Notes under the pieces: model-generated
Databases searched by the model: none
The model's input: only the letters and a program-made list of their open reading frames with translations
What the model was told of the DNA's origin: nothing
Program-made: the position numbers and the translations under genes
Shown here: in pieces, positions 55,835 through 64,000 of the stretch
Layout of the letters: each line of letters begins with the position of its first letter
Numbering within the stretch: the first letter of the stretch is position 1
Source of the DNA: the human T2T-CHM13v2.0 reference genome, Homo sapiens
NCBI RefSeq assembly: GCF_009914755.1
Contig: NC_060925.1
Strand: one strand, 5' to 3'
DNA length: 64,000 nt

Positions 55835-56353
55835 TCTATTAGTTATCTATTGCTGCACAACAAATTACTCTAAAACATTGGCTTAAAACACCACATTTTT
55901 ACTAATCTCATCATTTCTATGTCAGGAATCCAGAAATGCTTAACTGGGTAGTTCTGGCCCAGAGTCTTTCCTGAGGTTGCAGTTAGGATGTGTTCAGGTA
56001 GTTTAGTCATCTGAAGCCTTCCCTGGGGCTGGAGGATCTGCTTCCAAAATGGTTCACTCACATGGCTTTTGGCAGGAAACCTCAGTTCCTCACTACGTGG
56101 GTCTCTCCATTTGCTGCTTGAGTGTCCTCACCACATGGCAGCTGGCTTTCCCCAGAGTGAGTGATCCAAGACAGGGAGCAAGAAGGAGATGCCATGCCTT
56201 TTACAAGCTAGTCACACACCATCACTGTTGCCATATTTGATTTGTTATATGCAAGTCACTAAGTTCTGCCTATGCTTAAAAAGAAGGGAATTAGGCTTCA
56301 CCTTTTGTAGGGAGAAATTCTGAAAATTTTTGGGTATGTTTTAAAACCACTAT
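55835..56353 (-). mobile_element. MLT1F-type MaLR solo LTR (complete)
   Basis: tattagttatctattgctgc...ctggggctggaggatctgcttccaaaatgg...catggcagctggctttccccagagtgagtgatccaaga...ttttaaaaccacta. Confidence 0.85.
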
Positions 56354-56639
56354 AAAAGCTTAGGTGAGATTTTAGTAGAATTGCTTGCTATCATAAGCAG
56401 ATGGTGAAGGAATCTTAAGTTTCAAGGGTTGCTTAGACCCATGTCTGAGGAATGAAAGACAACAGAATTAGGAAAAACTGTAACAAAGACACCGACTTGA
56501 TCTTTGTGAAGCCAGGTAGGAAGGCAAGGCTGAAGAATCATGCCAGAAAAACCTCCTCATCTAGATGATTACAGAATTCCCACTGAAGCATCTTGAGTTA
56601 GGGTTAGGTGAGGTTGTGAAAAAGTTTAACCTTGGCTCT

Positions 56640-56889
56640 TTAAAGAATTGAGATGAAATTCACATGACATAAAATTCACCATTTTAATCATTGCAAAAGC
56701 ATACAGTGCAAAACTATATAATTCAATGTTTTCAGTATATTCACAATGTTGTGGAATCATCACCACTATCTCATTTCAGAGAGTCATGCCAAAAGAAACC
56801 ATCTAATCATTTAGTAATCACTCCCAGTTTTCCTCTTTTCCCCATCTCCTGGCAACCATTAATCTATTTTCTGTCTCTATGGATTTGCC
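56640..56889 (-). mobile_element. L1MB 3' end fragment
   Basis: attgagatgaaattcacatgacataaaattcaccatttt...ctggcaaccattaatctattttctgtctctatggatttgcc. Confidence 0.85.
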
Positions 56890-57404
56890 ATGACTATGTC
56901 GTTTGGGGTCAAGAAGTAAAAGGGAACCAAGGTCAGACTACCTGTGAAGAATGGCTTGACAAGGATGGGAAGGTGGGAATTGACAAGTCCAAGAGAAATG
57001 GTAGAAGAAAATAATATCCATAGTAACAGAAAAGATGGAATAATGTAAGTAAATTTACATAAGTAGTTTGAGGCCATATTAAAAACTTGAACACAGAGAA
57101 TCTGAATGGTTCTACGCTTAGATGTTACCTGAAAATTAAGGATAATTATAGAGCTTCACTGGACTCTATATTAAAATTTGCTTTGAAAGCACATCTCCAC
57201 ATTATCCTTAGTACTTGAGGATAGATACAGCTATTTAACTGTTCAAAACTATTTAGCTATTCAAAATTGGATTTGTTTTTCCAATACGAAATGTCATCTG
57301 GTTATTTTAGGAGCATAGATAAGAATTTGGTGGAGAACAACTGACTAGGAAGATTGAGATTAAAAGTCTAGTGTTATTTGTCAGTGCAGTGATTGTCCAC
57401 ATGA

Positions 57405-57529
57405 TATAAAGTTGGGTGTGCACAGCAGCACTCCATCATGAAATGGAAGTGGTATAGACGTGATCAGGTCCGAACAGGTCCTGAAGCACAAGTGAGTTCC
57501 AAGAAGTGACCCAAATGCCCATGGTCCCC
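57405..57529 (+). mobile_element. Isolated ERVL internal (pol) fragment
   Basis: Translates KVGCAQQHSIMKWKWYRRDQVRTGPE and, after a frameshift, EVTQMPMVP; resembles ERVL pol QQHSIIKWKWYI as recalled. Confidence 0.8.
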
Positions 57530-57586
57530 AGTTAAGAAATAAGCTGAGTTAAGAAATTACACATAATTCATAGTGTCATTGCTGTT

Positions 57587-58494
57587 AAAATTTTTCAGAA
57601 TTTCTCCCTATGAAAGGTGAAGGCTAATTCCCTTCTTTTAAATGTAAAGGTGTAAATTTATACTCACTGACAGTCCACAAGGTGATTTCTTATAATTCTA
57701 TGCCTCTCTCATAGCATCTAACATTATTGGATCGCATAGTAGGTGCTCAATCAATACCTTAATGGTATTGGTGGATGTCACCTGGACTGTTAAAGAGAGC
57801 AGATGATCCTGACCACTGTGGCTCTGACAAGCTGAAAAACACAGACATTTTTGGAGCCTTGAGAAACAAAAGAAAGGACAGAGAAGCTTGCCTTCTATCC
57901 TGATCACTAAACTACCTGAGCACATCCTGACTGCAACCTCATGACAGACCCTGGGCCAGAACTACCCAGTTAAGCATTTCTGGATTCCTGACATAGAAAC
58001 TATGAGATAGTAAATGTGTGATTTTTTAAGCCAATATGTTTTCAAGTAATTTGTTATGCAGCAATAGATAACTAATACAACTATCCCTTATTCTTTCTGT
58101 CCACATCTCTCCCCATTTCTTACCCCATCACTTTCTTTTCTTAACTCCTGGAATTAGTGCTACAGCAATAGCTTTTAATTTTTTACTCATTACTTCAAGA
58201 AGTAAATCAAGCATCTCAAGTTGAATTTTACAGTGAACACCTATATACCCACCACCTGGATTTTAATGTATTATTGCTCTTTATCATATAATTATCCATT
58301 GATTCATTCCTTTCTCCAGCCATCAACCCACCTTCTTTTGAATGCATTTTAAATTGCAGACATCAGTACCCTTCACCCTAAATATTTCATCCTAAATATT
58401 TCAGTATGTGAGACAGTAAATAAGCTTCAATATTTATTTATAGTTATTTTTATTTTGAAGTAAAATTTAAATACAATGAAATACATGATTCTAA
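57587..58494 (-). repeat. Rearranged inverted duplicate of 55088-56330
   Basis: 57587-57641 = reverse complement of 56276-56330; 57646-57898 = rc of 55088-55340; 57901-58494 = rc of 55418-56013. Confidence 0.95.
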
Positions 58495-58499
58495 AGGTC

Positions 58500-58710
58500 A
58501 AGTATATCTCTGGATCTGATCCTCTTAGCTTTGGATTTCAGCTCTGTGACCTCAAACGACTTAACCTCTTTCTGCCTTAGTTTCCTCTTTTGTAACATAG
58601 GCGTAATCATGCGCTTATTTTTAGCAATGTTAGGTGGACTGAATAAGTCAACATATTAAAGACCTGCAAACAGTGCCTGGCACATTCTAAGCTCTCATAG
58701 ATGTTTACCC
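58500..58710 (+). mobile_element. MIR SINE
   Basis: tgtgacctcaaacgacttaacctctttctgccttagtttcctc...aacagtgcctggcacattctaag. Confidence 0.8.
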
Positions 58711-58711
58711 T

Positions 58712-58747
58712 ATCACTTCTTGGCTTTTTGGCTAAGATCAAGTATAG
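58712..58747 (+). pseudogene. RNU2: U2 snRNA 5' fragment retrocopy (nt 1-36)
   Basis: atcacttcttggctttttggctaagatcaagtatag versus U2 ATCGCTTCTCGGCCTTTTGGCTAAGATCAAGTGTAG (32/36). The symbol names the parent. Confidence 0.9.
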
Positions 58748-59723
58748 GTGTTTGCACGGATAAACTTATTATTAAAGGAAGCACACTCTTTGGGGGAAAC
58801 TAAAGAGATGCAATGTTTCTGTAATCCAATTATTTTAACATATAAAATCCTGCATCTTTTATAGTAGGTCTCTGGGCAGATGGAGTTTTAACTGTTGACA
58901 GTGTAAGACTGTGTGAATGATGCTACTGCAGATTCAGTCACAGTGTCAATCTGCTGACAGTAACTGTTTCCCTTTGACATTTCTCAAAACCAGGACACCA
59001 TCTTGAATGCTTCAAGTGTGAGAAAGAATTCCTCAAAGAGACTATAAGCTTTAAAAATATTAATCTGCATCTGGAATCACTCCTGTGAACATCACATTTT
59101 ATGATACAGATATCTCCTGGGATCTCTGCATCATCAACTTTTTAAAATATTGAATCTATATAATGGAGAAAACATTGCTCTATAAAACATAAAACTTTGC
59201 TGTCAAGAATGGGGGAAAGAAAAGAAATTGGTGAAAGATTTAATAACTGTGGATCCTATGGCTAGAGGCAGATATTCAGCCTTTGAAAAATATTTAAGCT
59301 TGGCTTAAGTGGATTGGCATGAGTACTGCCAACAGGTTACATGACCGGAGTACCAGAGGTAAGCTGCACCATCAAACCAGGTAGAATATGTGAAAGAATG
59401 AGCTCCTTTCTCCCTGGTTCTCAGAAATGCTGCAGTAATGAAGCAGTGACCTACCAACATCCATTGTATGTCTCAAGATCAAAGTCATTTCTTAAAAGAA
59501 AATCCAAGTTATTCTTTAAAAAGTACCATGAGAAATGAAGATAATCAGTTTGGCATGGTCACTGGCCAAAGAGGTTGTGAATAAACACAGCCTGTCTACC
59601 AACTGACTGTCAGTCCTTCACCAGGATATGGAAGTTTCAACCCACTCCACTATTCTGTTCCTCCTGCACTAGAGATGGATGCTAATTTACTAACCAAATT
59701 TGTAAAGAATTTAATGAAATAGG

Positions 59724-59823
59724 GAGAGAGAGAGAGAGAGAGAGAAATGAATGTACTCGTAAAACCCAAGCCAAAAGCTTCCTTCATGACTTGCTCCCAG
59801 AATCAGGATATAGGATGTGGCAA

Positions 59824-59870
<47 letters not shown>

Positions 59871-59933
59871 CAGTCATTGGGCACATCCTATCCGTCTCTC
59901 TCTCTCTGTCTCTGTCTCTCTCTCTCTCTACAT

Positions 59934-59992
<59 letters not shown>
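59724..59992. repeat. Compound microsatellite cluster (GA)n, (TG)18, (TC)n, (TA)25
   Basis: (GA)n 59724-59745, (TG)18 59831-59866, (TC)n about 59895-59929, (TA)25 59937-59986. Confidence 0.97.
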
Positions 59993-59993
<1 letters not shown>

Positions 59994-60009
59994 GTCATGC
60001 TGTCTATGC

Positions 60010-60059
60010 AGATGGGTGCCAAAGTCTGGACAGTTGTGTTGAGACTTTGGCACCCATCT
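60010..60059. repeat. Perfect 18-bp inverted repeat with 14-nt loop
   Basis: agatgggtgccaaagtct (60010-60027) and agactttggcacccatct (60042-60059). Confidence 0.97.
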
Positions 60060-62089
60060 ACAATGGCCATTCTTCTGGCCTTTAAACAAGCCTGCCCTGT
60101 TGATAACCTTCACTGATAATGGCAAGCTACATTTTCTAGCCAGGGACCTCTGTTTTTACTGAGGACAACTGACCACTGTCCCACCCACTGCTTGTTTTTG
60201 GCCTGCTTATCCCCTGCTTTGATGTTGTTTTGGAAAGACTGGCTTTCTGAGCTTAGGATGTAAGACCATTCCATAATGCCCCCTCCTGTTCTGATCTTGT
60301 ATCTTCTATTTCCTCTTCTACCTCTCTGGGTGTAGGGTGATTACGTAATTTTTCTGACTCTTGGAATTCAGTCTTTTTCTTTAGATGTCAGGTTAGTTCA
60401 CCTCTCTGGTTCAGGTTTCCTTGTAATTTAATATAGTAATCCCTGCCCTTCCCCAGACTACTAAAAGCCAATGTCCATTGGTGGCTAGGTCAGTACTGAC
60501 CTCCTGAGGGAGGAATTTTAAAATGGGCCACTATTCAAACAGACATCTAGAAAATCTGTTCTGTCTTGTACAAGTATAAGCAATGTTAAATTGGTCCTTG
60601 GAAGAGTTTCAGAGACAAAGAAAATAATATAAATAGTCTGTTTAGTGGCTTTCTTTCTGAGATATATGAGGGTTTAGGTACCTATTTATATGATTGCCAA
60701 GTTTACTGACTGAGTTGAAGTCAGTGCAGTAAGAAATAACAAGACCTTTATCACAGAACAATGATGTGGAATGGAGAGATTTATTTTGATTGAGGTTAAT
60801 ATTTAGAGGGCAGAATCATAAGGCATGTACCTAAGTTACTGAGAATTAACCATAGATGTCATATAGTTCATCTGAGTCAGGGTGAATAGACAAACTGATC
60901 ACTTAAAATGATACTTAGATAGCATATTGAAAAGACTGACATTTAAACTCCATTTAATGCTGTTGCTGAGGCCTTAGAATGAAGGCCATAAAAATGTACC
61001 TATATGAGGTAGTCTGAAGAAGCCATAATGCTTTTTAGGACACTCATTTGGTATGTTAAAAATGAGTTTTACTAATGAAAAGTGACTCCACTCTGTGGTT
61101 AATCATGTTAAAGAAATGTTCCACATAATCACTGTGAAATTGAATGTTGGTAAATAAGCTGCTTAATATTTATTTAAATAATTTCATAAATGCAGAGGAA
61201 TGAGAAATAAGACATTAGGTCATGATACATAGATTTGGGCAAAGAAGACCTTCATTTCAAAGGGCCAGTGTTTAACTGCAGATATTCCAGAAGCTGTTCT
61301 AAATTCAAAGTATAGTCTTAGTTGTCCAGTATCTTTTTATAAAGTTTATGTGGCCAAATCAGGGCATGCAATTTATGTATGAATGCTATTAGTTTTGCTG
61401 GAACAATTTAAAGGGAAGATCGGAGTTTAGACATTTGCACCGTCTTTGAGGTGCATTCAGGGATCCTGTGGCCTTGTGTGTAGCACAGCATTCTGGAGGG
61501 TGGGGCACTGACTGCCCCGTCCCCTCTTTTTTTTTTTTTTTTTCAAAAACAAGTGATTCCCTTGACTTTTAGACGGAGCCAGATATCATACAACTTTCTC
61601 TATCAAGAAATAAAAGGGGTCTGGATGAGACTTTGAAGGCACTCTTTAAGGGAAATGTTAATCACCCTGATCATGAGCTAAGAATTGTGCCACCCATTAA
61701 TAACTAGGAAAAGTCTCCTGGCAAGGTGTCCATATAAGTAATTAAGACTTTTTAGAATATGATACATCCCATCACTTCCTATCAGTTGAAATGCATAGGC
61801 AATAAATGCAAATAACACATATTATCATTTCTTCAGTATAAATGCTTTGCAGAGAGCTATATTGGAAAACATGAGGTACACACACATATATATTCTATAA
61901 TCAAAAAAGGATTATATGTAAAAAGGTCCAATGTATATAAGCATGGAATTGCCAAGAGTTTTGACTATGGTCATTGAAAAATGTAATATTTAAGGAGTTG
62001 TCATAGATCCATAAGACAGTCTTTGAAAACCATGGAGACTAGAAGAGCTTCTCTGATGGGCAAAAAGACATTAAAAAGAGGTGAAGATG

Positions 62090-62320
62090 AGGCTAGCATA
62101 TTTACAGGTGGCTAAGTGACTAGTATGTGCCTGTGGCTTTACTTATATTATCGTAATCTTTCAAATTACCCCACAAAGAGGCTCTTATTTCATTTTATAC
62201 ATAAGAAAACTGACAGTCAGGAAAGTTAGTTAATTTGTCTAAGTTTGCAGAGCTAGTAAATGGCAGAGCAGGGATTTAAATCTAAGTCTGTTGGACTCAC
62301 AGCCCATAAGCTTTCCAGTA
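62090..62320 (-). mobile_element. MIR SINE
   Basis: cattttatacataagaaaactga...agagctagtaaatggcagagcagggatttaaatctaagtctg. Confidence 0.8.
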
Positions 62321-63732
62321 TGCAAAACAAAATGATGTTGAATATATAAACGAACAGTATTATTTCTGTTTCCTTCTGCTAATACGTGTGACTAATGGGC
62401 TTCTAAGTATATGCCAGAGATGATCAAGTTGCTGCTGGGCCTCTAGTGAAGAAGGTGTGCTGGACCTGTGTGTAATTATAAATGTATTCATTCTGCACAT
62501 ATTTCCTGAGGCTCTTCCATGTTTGTGATATTTTGTAGAGTTCTGACAGGTGATGCAAAGGTGACTGCATCTACAACTTAAATACTGCATGCAGGACGGA
62601 TCATTGAATTGTAAGAATGACTTAACAGCAAAGACTCAGGAAAGACTAGTACAGTAAGCAAGAGCATCTAGGGTGGAGGCATGTGTTGCATATGCATCAC
62701 AATGAAGATGGTGACCTTTTAGTCTGAAAATACAAAGGCTGGGAGGGGCTTGGGGGGATACCAGATGAGAAGTCAGTTGACCATTTAGACTTTTCTTTCC
62801 AAGTAAATACATTTAATACTTCAGCATCCCCTTTTGTGAGGATCCTGGGAAACTAACTTTATTTTTGGTGTCTTGGTTTTCTTATTTGTATCACAGGCAT
62901 AATAATATCTTCTTTACTTATCTAACGTAATTATTTTAAGACTCAACTTGAGAAACTCAGAAAGTTTTCAGTTCTAAACTAATAAAAGGAAGCATCAACT
63001 CTATGAAATTAGAATTAGTCCATAGGGACCTTTAGATCTAATTGGGGTGATATGAGAAGTAGACAAATACAGTGTATTATGATCCAACAGCTCCAAATTA
63101 TAGGGATCAGATTAAAGGCTATGATAGTCCAGTGGGGAATTCATATCTAACTGGGAACTGAGCATGGTCCTTTGCTTAGAATTAGATATACTATTTATTT
63201 TAAACCCCAAAAGGCTTGGTAACATGTTATGGGCAAATGTTTATTAAATGTGAGATGTTTACCAAATGATGACATTGTAGGTTTCTGATTCTAAGTCATT
63301 TAATCTGGATGTAAGCAGCAAATATATTATGAAATTCCCATAAAGGAAATCCAGAGTTTAAATGATGATCTGACTTTGGGGCATTCTTATTTTTATTTTT
63401 ATTTTTTTGCAAGCAAGAAAAAAGGTATGGGAAGTGAGCCACAAGCTGTTTTAGGAAGGAGGTTGTGTATGGTAAAGGTGCATCCCTGCTGCATTTCAAT
63501 ATTTAAAACCCGAGGAGACCTATGGAGACCACAGACAGATGTAGCATTCTGGTTATTTTCTTTTTATTGCTTTCTGGAAGGTATTCATCTTGCAGTGTCT
63601 TACAGTACCATAAGGTACTCTCTACTATCCAGTATCCCATTACCAGGGCATTTTCAATTGCTAAAAACTCCCAGAAACAACTTCATGTTAACTGAGGCTC
63701 ATAAAGATGAGATGTCAGCCCTATAATATGTT

Positions 63733-63822
63733 TCTCCCATCCAAGTACAAAACAGGCCTGACCCTGCTTAGCTTTCGAGATCAGACGAGATCAGGCACCT
63801 TCAGAGTGGTATGGCTGTAGAC
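63733..63822 (-). pseudogene. RNA5S: 5S rRNA retropseudogene, 3'-truncated (nt 1 to ~90)
   Basis: Reverse strand gtctacagccataccactctgaaggtgcctgatctcgtctgatctcgaaagctaagcagggtcaggcctgttttgtacttggatgggaga matches 5S; TSD c(c/t)tataatatgtttct at 63720-63735 and 63823-63838. The symbol names the parent family. Confidence 0.97.
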
Positions 63823-64000
63823 CTTATAATATGTTTCTAAAGCAACTTCTGAATCATCAGAATATGATTAATTATGTTCAGAATCAACTTTATGCCAAAA
63901 ATGTTGTGTTCTAAATAGCTCATAACAGGTAGTTTAGATTATTTCAATTCTGTGTTTCTAATGATCAGTTTTTTGCCTGTACTGAATAAAGGAAGTTACT

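Noticed and set aside
55183-57925. Two ORFs sharing VQVTST..KVLIEHLLCDPIMLDAMR, suggesting paralogous genes
   Set aside because: Explained by the inverted DNA duplication; the shared part includes an L2/MIR-like tail (tattgattgaacacctactatgtg).
59747-60125. Cluster of ORFs with CV/YI/SL repeats
   Set aside because: Microsatellite translations.

Overview
Primate (human-like) non-coding DNA, identified by AluY/AluS/AluJ, L1PA, L2, MIR, MLT and MER repeats. I can support no intact protein-coding exon; the supplied ORFs are repeat, microsatellite or antisense artefacts. The main gene-derived feature is an old processed EIF3J pseudogene (minus strand, about 16.3-18.5 kb). It is interrupted by an MLT1A solo LTR and a GATA microsatellite, yet its 5' end is still CpG-rich and carries YY1 and ETS motifs. 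There are also two tailless small-RNA retrocopies (U2 5' end, 5S rRNA). The most unusual signal is four local templated-copy events of different ages: a shuffled three-segment inverted duplication of about 0.9 kb (55.1-58.5 kb) next to an orphan ERVL pol scrap, a 73-bp copy displaced by 960 bp, a ~50-bp copy pasted into an Alu monomer 2.1 kb from its donor, and a fold-back palindrome at an L1PA 5' junction. A perfect 18-bp hairpin lies beside a compound microsatellite at 60 kb. Repeat subfamily names come from recalled consensus sequences, and old-repeat boundaries are approximate.
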